A DNA stretch of 64,000 bases from Piromyces finnis finn. Taxonomy: Eukaryota > Fungi > Neocallimastigomycota. The DNA lies in contig MCFH01000016.1 of assembly GCA_002104945.1 (NCBI GenBank), positions 1-64,000 of the forward strand, in the 5' to 3' direction. This document shows positions 51,827-64,000 of this stretch, piece by piece. Under the pieces are notes generated by a model that saw nothing but the letters and a program-made list of their open reading frames with translations, was not told where the DNA came from and searched no databases. Position 1 is the stretch's first letter. Every line of letters begins with the position of its first letter. The translations under genes and the position numbers were made by a program.

Positions 51827-52516
51827 TGGTGTAATTTATTATACCAAGAAAAAATATATATGAAAATTATAACAAGGGTTGAATAAAATAAACTATTAGC
51901 ATTGTATCTATATATGTATATTGTAACAAGTGTATTTTCCATCAAGTTAAACAATAATTATAATATATATACAAGTTTACTTCTAAAAATTTCAATTATT
52001 ATTATTATTATTTAATGCTCTTAACATAAAAGTAGTAATATGAAATATTTTATTGTCATTTTTATTATCGAATGTCTCATTTCCTAAATATTATTTTAAA
52101 TATACATTTTTAATTATTTTTTTTTTTTTTTTTTTTTTTGATAAAATATTTTTTATTTGTTAAAATATAAATAAAAATATAATAATTAAGAGAAGGAATT
52201 AGAAATTAAAATAAAAAAAATATACTATTATATATATATATTTATTATAAAAAAAATAATATAAACATTAAAAATAAAATTATATATTATTATATATAAT
52301 TATACTTTTTACATATGATTTTTTTTAATTTTATATTTCATATAATAATAATAAATTAGAATTTATGAGAGATGACTATTCATTTTTTTATTTATTTCTA
52401 TATTTATTATTATTGTTGTTGTGGTTATGGTTATTATTTTATTTTTTTAATTAATAATATAAATTTAAATTTTTTTTTTAAAAAAAAACAGATTGAATGA
52501 ATAGAGTCGGTATAAT

Positions 52517-55500
52517 TTAATCAATATTAAAAGTATTAAAAGTATCAATATTTGATGTGTATGCTTTACACTTTTTGTTTCTAGTGATAATAAAGTCGAA
52601 AAGTTGATAGTCATTAATATTATCAGATCCTTTGTGTGCATAGGTAAAGCTATATTCAAAATCTTCATAGGTAAATTTGTTAACAATACCATTAAATGGA
52701 ATATTTAATACATTGATAGTATTAAAGTTCCATTCAACATCTTCCTTGATAAGACTAACAAGTGAATTAATATAATTAAAGACATTGTTGGAATCATAGG
52801 TGGAACGTGTGATTTCCGCCAATATTTCATTATATCTCTTATTTATAAGAGGATGAGATAATAAATTATTAGTAAAGTAATGGTTGTAAAGATCTTCTTT
52901 ATAATTTGGCCAGGTAATACAGTCATCCATATATTTCTTTGGATCGAGGAAATCAACATCCCAGGAACCAACTAAAACATCATCCATGTCATGTGGAAGG
53001 AATTGATAATTACCTTTATCTGGATTGTAGTAAAGAGCAGTATTACTTGAAATAATAAAGAAGTTATTTAATGGAATGGTTAAGGTATCAAGAGCTAGTA
53101 ATCTAAGAGTAGATTCGATATTAAGATATTTCTTAAGGTAATCAATAGAAGTACTAGTTTTATCACTTTTATACTTATTAATCCATTTGTCATACTTTTT
53201 AGTGAACTTTATTAATGGATACCAAATGGAATCTCTATCCTCAGGATTATAAACATTTTCATTATATTGATCTATTTCATAAGTACCGTTATCTTCATAA
53301 TCCTCATAGTCATCACTTAAATATTCTAAGTTGGCATATGGCCCTTCCGGAGCAGAAGAAATTAAATTGTAGCTTATACCAATGCTTGCATTTTCATCAC
53401 CATGAACACGAGCACCAATCCATTTTTCATTGATGGAATCAGTTAAGAGATATAAACCATAAATGTCATCATTAATAAAGAATCTGGCATAAGCCCCTTC
53501 TTGAACGGGAACATCAACAGTATTATATAAATGAGTAGTAAACTTTTCACGAACAAGGGATGGATCGTTTGCTAAACTTTTCATTTTAATTACTTTTCTT
53601 CCTAAAAATTTATTGTCACTAAATTGAATACTCCAAGAAAGCTTTTTGAATCTATTATATCCAGATAATTTCATAGTACCTTTACTTTGGAAAGTGAAAA
53701 ATGGTGAAATAATATTAATGTTACATTCAAATGAAGAATTATTGGTATTACCATCCTCATTAATGAATGGACTGGAAACAACATTGGTGTAGCCTATTTC
53801 ATCGCACTTTGCATACACATTATAGATAACATGATCAGGAATTGGTTGGAATCCATTTGAACCCTTACTAAACATTGGAGTAAGGGTGTTCGGAAGGTCT
53901 GGATGAGTAACAATTAAATTAGTTCTTCCAAAAACCTCATTTATTTTTGAGTTTTCTTCACTGTACATTCTCAAAAAGTTTTCTTCCTCAACAACTGTAC
54001 TATTTTTATTAATCGCAACATAATTATACTCTGTAATATTGTCGGCTTGAACGACTCCGCTAAATAAGGGGAAAAGAGTAATGTTTAATGGCACAATGAC
54101 ATCATTATATTTAACACCCATTATATATCCTTCACCTAAAATAGAAACTACATTAAAGGAATAGGTGGTTTGTTTTCCATTTTCTGGTTTAATATCTAAT
54201 TTACTAATACTATCCGTATAAGCTTTACAATAGCCACCTCTGAGTTCAATAAATTCTAAAAGTTCATAATCTTCACGAACGGTGTTTTTATTATGTTTGT
54301 AAGTTAAACTTTCTTCAAAGTCGTCTAATGTAAAATTAACGATTGAACCATTATATGGAATGTTTAAAGTATTAACAGCATCAATATTCCATTGAACATC
54401 CTCTTGAATAAGATTATGGGTAGCAAAAAGGAAATTAGATACTACCTGGTAATCAAATGTAGAACCAACAATTTTAGCTAAAATTATATTATATTTATCT
54501 TTAATTTGAGGATGTTTTAATAAATTATTGATAAAATAATGTTCATAAATGGATTCATTATAATTTGCCCAAGTAATACAATCTTGAATGTAATTATTTG
54601 GATCAAGTGTTTCAATTCCCCATGAACCGTATAAAGATTGATCAAAATCATATGGAAGAAAAGTATAATTATTTCTTTCCTTATTATAATATAAAGCAGT
54701 ATTGCTAGAAATTAACCAAAAGTTATCTAATGGAAGAATTAAAGTGTCGATAGCCATTAATCTAAGAACAGATTCTAAATCTAAGAATTTTTCCAGTTCT
54801 ATAACAGCTTCATCAGATTCATCATCTTGATACTTATTTACCCAATCTCTATACAATTTTGTAAATTTAATTAATGGTGCAAATTGAGCATTAAGATCAT
54901 TAGAATCAACAATTTTATCATCATATACATCAAGTTCATATATACCATTATAATATTTTGGTTTGGAACCCAAATACTTTAAATCTGCATATGGACCCTC
55001 TGGAGTTTCAGAATCCATCTTGTATGAAAAGCCAATACTAGCATTTTCATTACCATGAAGGTTTGCGCTAATCCATTGTTTATTTAAATTATCACTTAAT
55101 AAGTATAAACCATAAATATCACCATTAATAGTAAATCTTGCGTAAGAACCTTCTTGAACTGGTATACCAACACTTTTATATAATTCTGTAGCAAGTTTTT
55201 CACGCATAAGAGAAGAATCATTCGCAATACCTTTCATTTTAATAGTTTTTCTTCCATAAAATTCATTATCATCATCAAATTTTATAGTCCATGTAAGCTT
55301 TTTATATTTACGACTACCATAACCACTAATTTTAATAGTACCTGTACTTTGGAATGTAGATTCTGGTGATATAATATTAATTACACATTGAATACTTTCA
55401 TCATTTTTCCTACCATCTTTTAAAAATGGTTGAGTAGTTAGATAGGAATATCCTGTTTCATTACATTTGGCATAAACATTGAAAATAATATTATTTGGAA

Positions 55501-58391
55501 AAGGTTGAAATTCTTCAGTACCTAATGGGTATATTGGCTCTAATGGTTTTGGAAGTTCTGGTATTTCAAAATATTTATTGTTTCTATAAATTATTTACAA
55601 AAATAATATTAAATATTAAATTTCCATTTCTAATTTTATTTTTTATTAAAAAAAATATAGAAATAATTCTTCTCCATTGTATATTTTATCTCATATTTTT
55701 AAAAATAATAAAAAAAAATGAACTCACCTATTGAAAACTTCAATAATGGATGAGTTTTGTTCAGAATAAATTCTTGTTATACTTTCTTCTTGAATAATTT
55801 TATTCATATTATCAATAACAACATACTTATATTCCTCTAAATTTTTTGAATTAATATTACCAGTGAATACTATTTTATTAATTGAAAAAGAAAACATAAA
55901 AAAGAATTTAATAAATATTTATTTATCATATTATATAATATTTCAAAAATAAAATAAAAACAGAGTACTTACATGGAAAAGCAGAAGCTGATAATGGTAT
56001 TACAATGTCATTGTACTTAACACCTAATTTATAATTATTATTCAAAATTGAAATAACATTGAAATTATATATTTCTTCAGAAATGTCCTCAACAATATCT
56101 TCAGTAACATCTTCATTATTGACACCTTCAGTAGTAATTTCAATAATATCTTCAGTAGTAACTTCAGCAGTAACATCTTCATTATTGACATCTTCAGTAG
56201 TAATTTCAATAATATCTTCGGTTGTAGCTTCAGCAGTAGCATCTTCATTATTTATATCTGTAGTAAAATCCTCAACTATATCTTCTGTAGTACCTTTTCC
56301 TTCACTATTATTATTATTATTGACATTATTATTATTACCACCATTATTATTTGTTACTTCATTGATTATAAAACCATAAACATTTTCAGTTATATCAACA
56401 TTTTTAGTATAAGATCTACAATATCCACCTCTAACATCAATAAATTCTCCAAGTTCGTAAGATTCACGAATTGAATTTCCTTTATGTTTGTAAGTTAAAC
56501 TTCTTTGGAATTCTTCAAGAGAAAAGTCTTCAACTATACCATTATATGGAATATCTAAATTATTAACAGCATCAATATTCCATTGAGCATCTTCTTCAAT
56601 GAGATTATAAATAGCTGAAAGAAAATTGATTGAATTTTCATAATCAAAAGTACTACGTAAAAGTGTTGCTAAAATTATATCATACCTTTTCTTAATTTGA
56701 GGATGCTTAAACAAATTACTTGTAAAATAATGAGTATAGGCTTTATTATAATTTGCCCATGTAATACAATCCTTAATATAATTGCTTGGATCAAGTAACT
56801 CATCACCCCAAGAACCAACTAGCACTTGATCAAAATCATATGGAATAAAATTATAATTATTTTTTTCTGTATTGTAGTAAAGAGCAGTGTTTCCAGATAT
56901 TAACCAAAAATTGTCTATTGGAATAATCAATGTTTCAATGGCCAATAATCTAAGTGTTGATTCAACATCTAAAAATTTTGAAAGTTCATCAATCGCTTTA
57001 TCAGAAATATCATCTTTGTATGTATTTACCCAATTATCATATAACTTTGTAAAATTAATTAACGGTGACCATTGGGCATTTAAATCAGTTTTATTGATTT
57101 TTTTATCATCATAGGAGTCTAATTCATATATTCCATTGTCTTTATACTTATTAATATTAGATCCTTTATATTTTAAATCAGCAAAAGGTCCATCTGGTGC
57201 AGAGGAATCCATTTTATATGAAAATCCAATACTAGCATCTTCATCTCCATGAAGATAAGCACCAATCCACTTTTTATTAAAACTATCATGAATTAAATAT
57301 AAACCATAAATATCATCGTTAATAAAAAATCTAGCATAAGTTCCTTCTTGAACTGGTATACCAGCAGATTTATATAATTCAGTTGCAAATTTCTCACGCA
57401 TAAGAGATGAATCACATGCCATTCCTCTCATTTTTATTGCTTTCCTTCCATAAAATTTTTTATCTGTGAATTTAATATTCCATGAAAGTTTTTTGAAATG
57501 ACGACTACCAAAACCAACTATTTTCAAAGTACCAGGACTTTTAAATTTAGTTTGTGGTGAAATTATACTAATTTGACATTGAATCGTATCTTCATTTTTT
57601 TCATCACTATTTTTCTTAAAGGGTGATGAAACTAACTTATAATAACTAGCTTCATCACATTTTGCATAAACATTGAAAATGACATTATTTGGAAATGGTT
57701 GGAACTTATTAGCACCTAATGGAAATATTGGTTGTAAAGGTTTTGGAAGTTCTGGAATTTCTATAGATTTATTGGTTCTATGGTTTTATTTAAATAAATA
57801 TGTTTATTTTTTTTTTTTTCGAGTATATTGTTTTATTAATACATTTTAATACAATAAATAAACATTATTACTTATTACATTTAAATATTTTTACCTATCA
57901 AACACTTCATTTATTCCAGAAATGTCTTTTGAATATTTTCTTGTTATACTTTCTTCTTTAACTACTTTGTTACTATTATCAATAGCAACATATTTATAAT
58001 TACTTAAATTGTTATCTTCTATCGTTCCTTTAAATACTTTTAATTCAAATTTAAAATATGTAAATTATATTATGTATTGATATATGTAAAAAAAAAAACA
58101 ATATGATTATATTTCATCATAACATATAAATATATTTACATGGAAATTCTGAAGAATCTAACGGTACAACCTTATTATTATATTTTACACCTAAATTATA
58201 TCCTTCACCCAAATTAGACACTACATTGAAATTAAATGGTGTTGCTGTATTTTGTAATATTATATATATTAAATATAAATAATTGTTTTAAAATGATTAA
58301 TTTTTAATGCAAGTTTATATTTATTATATATAATACCAGTGTTAAATGCAAGTAACGACGAAATTATTATTCCTAATAATTTTACTTTCAT
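52517..58391 (-). CDS. Secreted triple-CotH polyprotein B, multi-exon; joins ORFs 55926-57527 and 52517-55237
   Basis: Signal exon 58391-58337 (MKVKLLGIIISSLLAFNT), exons near 58260-58140, 58040-57895, 57780-55970, 55870-55728 and 55590-52517. Three CotH modules paralogous to gene A. The junctions were only partly frame-checked. Confidence 0.8.
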
Positions 58392-60302
58392 ATTATTTTA
58401 TATACTACTATATTATTATATAAATAATTATTTTTTGTTTTGTTTTATTTTTTTTATTCTATTTTAATAAGTCTATTTTGTCTTTATATTTTTTTTACAA
58501 TTTACAATGGGTATATGTATATATATGTTATATTTTTTTTCTTTCTTAAAAGTGAAAAAAAAAATCTTTATATATTAAGTTTTGTATCAAAAAAAACTAT
58601 TTAGTTTTGTTTTATATTGACAAGTAACTTTAAAGCTTTAAAAATATTAAACTTTATTTTTCATGCCATGTAATACAATTATCCATTAAAATTCTTATTT
58701 ATTTTTTTTTTTTTATTTATATTTTACACTCCGTTTTTTTTCTTTTTTATAAAATATTAAAACCTTATTAAATAATAAAATAAAAAAATAAGTAGGATAA
58801 TACTTTGAATTAAAGTTACACAAAATAGATTATATATTTGTAATACGTTTAAATAAAGATATATGTAATTATTAAATAAATAATAAAAAAAAAGAATATA
58901 TTTCTATTATTTATCTATTCATTAATATAATATTTATATATTTTATACAATATAAATTAAAGATTAAAAAAGTTTATTTATTATAATTATTTTCGATAAT
59001 ACAATGGTTGAATTAGAAAAAATGATAAAATAAAAATTTTACAAATTTATTTAATATTACTCCAGGTAAAATAAAATTTTCAGTAGTTTTAATAAAGGTT
59101 TTCCATTAAAATGTTTATAAAGTAAATATTTGAGTTGTATTTTTAATTGATATTAAAAAAAAAGGCTTAAATCTCTACAATAATATTAACCAACATGAAT
59201 GAATTTAGTGTAAAAGGAAATCAATTATTTTATATTTAAATTCTTAAAATATATATTAAAAAAAAGATTCCATCAAATTTAAAGTTTTATTATTAATTAT
59301 TATTATATTAAAAATTAAATAGATTTAAAGTTGGAACGTTTATTATAAATTAAAGTTTATTACCAATAAAATCATCAGAAAATAAAATTAGTAAAAATTT
59401 GTAGGAACTCTTTTATATATTTTTAACCAGTAAAGTTTTAGATTTTTTATACAATTTATTATATTATTAAATTGCTTTTTTAAACTTTTTTCTTTTCGTT
59501 GTTAGTATTATGGTTGAGGTAATAATAAATTTTAAAAAATATAAAAAAGTTGATATTTTCTGAATAAACTAAGTTTCATTTTTTAATATTAACTTTTATA
59601 GCAAAAGGAAATAAAAAAATATGAAAATAAAAGAAATATCATCATTTTTTTAGTAAAGAAATATTAAAAATATTTTAATATAATTCGTTCAATAATTATT
59701 CATAAAATCTAATTAATTTAAAATATCTATAATATTAAATTTTTTTTTTTTTATTATTCATAAATTATAAAATTTTTTTAAAGAATTAGTATTAATGATA
59801 AATGCTATTTACTTATTATATATATAATATATATAAATAATATATTAATAATAATAAAACATTTCATGAATAATTATATATAGGGATATAAATAAAAATA
59901 ATGTCTTTTATGATATAAATTTTTTTTATATTAAATTTATATTAATATGCTATCATAAAATTAATATTGGATTAATATATTAATCTATATTTTATATTAT
60001 TAAGATTATACACATATAACAATACTTTTTTTTTTTACTAAGAAATGGTTAGCATAATATTTATAACTAGTATTTTTATTAGGAATAATATTATTTTGAT
60101 GTGATATTGTATATATCTATTACATAGATTATGTTTATATATATTATATGATAATATCTTTTTAATAATATTTTATAATTGTATAAATAAAAATTATATT
60201 TTTATTAATATTAAAAGTATGGTTTAATAATTATACATGTTATGATATGACTATTTATCAATATATTATAAAAAGAGACGATTTATTTTATATTTCTTAA
60301 TT

Positions 60303-63300
60303 CTATTCGTTCATTTTTCCATTAATAATAAATCTAAAATATATATAAATATGTATATATATAAATAAATAAATAATCGTTTATATATATAAAAAAAAAG
60401 GTAATATAAATATTCTTACTCTTTAATTTTTGGAGATTGATTATATAATGAAGACGGTATGGAAAACATCACATTAACTAATACATCCATTACACATAAT
60501 TGTTTCTTAATAGTTCTTGAAACAAATATGAAAAATGTGATGAAAATAAAAATAGAAAAGATGCAATGGACAAATAATGTAAGGTTTGAATAAAATTCTG
60601 CATTCTGAATTAAATAATCGGATCCAATTTCATTAATGACATTAATATGACCTATTATATCTTGTGATAAACTTATAAATGTAGTGATATAAGTATTTGT
60701 TGTAGCTTCAATTAGCATTTCAAGTACATCACCAGAATTTGAGGTATTAAAATGACGATCATTAATATAATTGTTTGTGAATTCATTAAATTTATTCATA
60801 TATTCAATCATTATATAATTAATAGGTGATTCAGAAAGTTCTTTTGTATAGGCTATATAAAATACATAAAATAAAATATTAATTGATTTTTTTTTCAAAA
60901 AAAAAAAAAAACTATTATAAATAGTATACTAACTATCTGTAAATACTCTCTCATCACATTGATATTCTAAGCCTTTTGATCTTACACATCCAGGATTATT
61001 ATTTAATGAATCAAACATAGAATATTCTGAAGTTGACTTGCCTCCATATACACCATTTTTAAGTTTTGATTCAAGTGTCTTTTATATATATTATTATTAG
61101 AGATAAATATAAATAATACGATATTATTTAATTAATTATTATAAAAAAAAAACTAAATAAAGTAAATTTTACTTGTAATTGAGTTCCTCTATCAATCATT
61201 AATCTTAATGCTTCACCATCACTATAATATTTATTATCGTTTAATAGTACTTCTATACTGAAATAATTTATTGAGGTTAAATAAGATGCACGCCTTGTCT
61301 AAATATATATATATAAATAATGTTTTTGTTTTTATTCTTAGTAAATATTAAATACAAATAATAGTGGTATAATTAAACTTTTAAAAACTTACGGAATGAA
61401 CTAATAAATTCATTATATTTTTACAATCAGAACTGAAAATCTATTATTTAGATATATATTATATATAAAGGATTAATAAATACATAATTAATACTAATAT
61501 TAATAACATAATTAATATAAAATTATTATTTTTCTTTTTTATAAAAATTAATTAATACTAACAAAAACTGTAGTGAATGGTAACAATATAAGAGCAGCTA
61601 CAATAAAACTATATATTATAAATAACTTTTTAATTCTAATAGTACTTGGTTTTTTATTTTTCCTTTTTCTTTTACCAATACCCTCATCCTCTACTTCATA
61701 ATTATCACATATTTCTTGGATCTGTTCCGAGTATTCATTAATTTGATCATTAAAGAAATCCTCTTTTATAGTAAAAAAAATATATTTAATAGTAATATAT
61801 TTACTCATTAATATTATATCTATACATCTCTCACATTAAATATATATTGTTTTAGTGGATTACTTGATGGTAATGTCCTATATAATCCGGTAATGCTTTT
61901 AACAAACTTAAAACTTTGGGTTGTATATGGAATAATGACTATTTAAAGAGGTTATTAGTTAACAAAATATATTAATAAAAATTATATTTTAAAGTTATAT
62001 ATACATATATTCCATACTATCAAAAATGATAAAAAGCATAAATATAACAACAATAATAGCTATAATGAAAAATGCTTTTAAATGATTTGTTGAAGCATTA
62101 TCAATTTTTTCCTGTACTCTATCTATAGATTTTAAAAATAATTCGCTAAATTGACCTTTCGAGTTTTCTGCAAATATATACATTGTAAATAATAGATTTA
62201 TTAAAAAGATTTAATTATCATAAATTAAGATAAACAGTATATATCGATAGATAAGATATATAGAAATTTTATTTTATTAGAATATTACCTATAAAGTATC
62301 TAAGAAAACCCAGTTTTATAAATAAAATTAATAAATGTGGTATTCAATAATTTTATTAAAAAATAATTTACTACTTAAAAAAAGTAACATACCTTATGTC
62401 TTTATTATCAAGGTATTCAGGGGTTCTTATGTTTGTACTATTTTCTATAGAATTAAAAATAATATTCTTAGCAAATTTAAAATTAATACTATTTAAAAAT
62501 TATTAATTAATTACTTCTTTCTATGATAATTCTTGCTTTTCTATCAATTTTTGATATTGTTTTATAATAATTTATATCTAATAACCGATCTACTACACCA
62601 TTTTCAATTGGATTAATTGTTGTATAACCATGTGATTCTAGAGTATGAGATTTATATATGGTTGGTATGTAAACTGTTTCTATAAAATCTAAACTATTAT
62701 TGATTGTTTTTGTACACATCATATCTGAAGGATCAATTCCAGATGCTGTTGCTAAACTTAAAATTCTGACTGCTCTCTGAATATCACCTACTATATATGG
62801 TGATCGTGACACTGTTGTATATAGCTTTATATTTGTTGTAATACTTGAAAATGAAATAGTATAGAATATAATACTTTATATATATAGAAAAGTAGTTATA
62901 ATAAAATATCAATAAACATTTAATGAAACTAACAATATTAGAATAATAAATCATTACCCAATTGTACCAATAATAATAGATAATGTAGTAATGATTTGCA
63001 TAACACTTAGTAATTTATATAATGGTTCTTGGCATCTATTAAGAACATTTTTTCTTTTGTATTTTAATAAATTATTATATCAATTAATAAAAAAAAAAAT
63101 ACTTAGTCATCAATTTGATTATATTTATTATGATAGTGATAATATATCATATATTAATATATATATTACCTTAAAATTTTAGCCTTTCTGTTTTCTAAAT
63201 CACTAGTCATTGAAGAGGATAATCTTTCTGATCTTTCATATTGATTTTGATCGTCCTTTCTTATTGTAGTTGGTTTTGTATTATCATTTTCATAATTCTA

Positions 63301-64000
63301 TAAATATTAAAAAAAAATAATTAATATATTTTATATACACAAAAACAATTTTCAATTATTTTTATATATTATAATTTATACTTCATTTTCTTCAAGCATT
63401 TGTATATATTTTTCCTATATATAATTTTTATATTATTATAAAAGTATTAATAATTTTTAAATAATAATATTTTCTTAGTTTTTTTTTATTGTAAAACTTA
63501 CAGCTAGGTCACCTCTATTCTATAAATATAAAATTAATTAAAAAAGATATAATAAAAAAATTATTATCATTTTAATATATGTTATTAACACCATTATTAT
63601 TTTTATAAGTATTATTATTGTTTTGATAGATTAAAAAAAAAAAAAAAAAGAAACATACTAAGGAATATCGTAAAAATAAAATATAAAGTTCTAATGATTC
63701 TTTCGAATGATTAAATTTCACAATAAATTTTTTATAATGTCCTTCCGCTTCTCTTAAAATATCTGTTAATTCATCATTAATTACCATAGTATTCTCAATA
63801 TCAGCTACAGTTTCTAAATTTTTTAATGAGCTCATTAAAGACTTTAAAAAATTTAAAGCCGCTAAATGATATTGAATAGATCTGTTTTTAATATCAATTA
63901 ATTCAAAATCGGAAGCGCTATCAATTATTTTTATTACGTTTGTGATATTTTTTCATTTATAATTTTTATTTATTAAATAAATAATTCTAATTAGTTAAAA
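60303..64000 (-). CDS. Multi-exon membrane protein with TmcB/TmcC-like TPR segment (3' part; start beyond window)
   Basis: Exon translations EAEGHYKKFIVKFNHSKESLELYILFLRYS, several hydrophobic TM-like segments (FFIIAIIVVIFMLFIIF; LFVHCIFSIFIFITFFIFV), and a final exon EFIINGKMNE* ending at 60303. The family call is from recollection of proteins expanded in gut fungi. Confidence 0.6.

Overview
Very AT-rich eukaryotic DNA with spliceosomal GT-AG introns. Fungal dockerin repeats, many CotH kinase domains and bacterial-type GH3 enzymes point to an anaerobic gut fungus (Neocallimastigomycota). This taxonomy is inferred from gene content. In order, the window holds: three tandem secreted GH3 beta-glucosidases with inverted domain order (minus strand; the first is truncated by the window edge); a near-perfect 3 x 507 bp triplication of a GH3 3' end; a putative LINE 3' remnant; two copies (one full-length, one 5'-truncated) of a tRNA-headed, poly(A)-tailed SINE-like element with 12-bp target-site duplications; an intronless bacterial-type CotH; a TLDc protein; a CotH-CBM1 fusion; an LPCAT-like acyltransferase; a DUF1349 protein; a multi-exon triple-MATH gene largely missed by the ORF track; a G/N/Q/Y prion-like protein next to a type I metacaspase; a secreted double-dockerin protein with no catalytic domain; two adjacent genes that each encode three CotH kinase modules; and a partial multi-exon TmcB/TPR-like membrane protein. 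The strongest leads are the SINE/LINE pair with a shared structured 3' motif, the triple-CotH polyproteins (differential intron loss, one D-to-N module) and the prion-like/metacaspase pair. All gene models and family calls were made by eye, with no database search.
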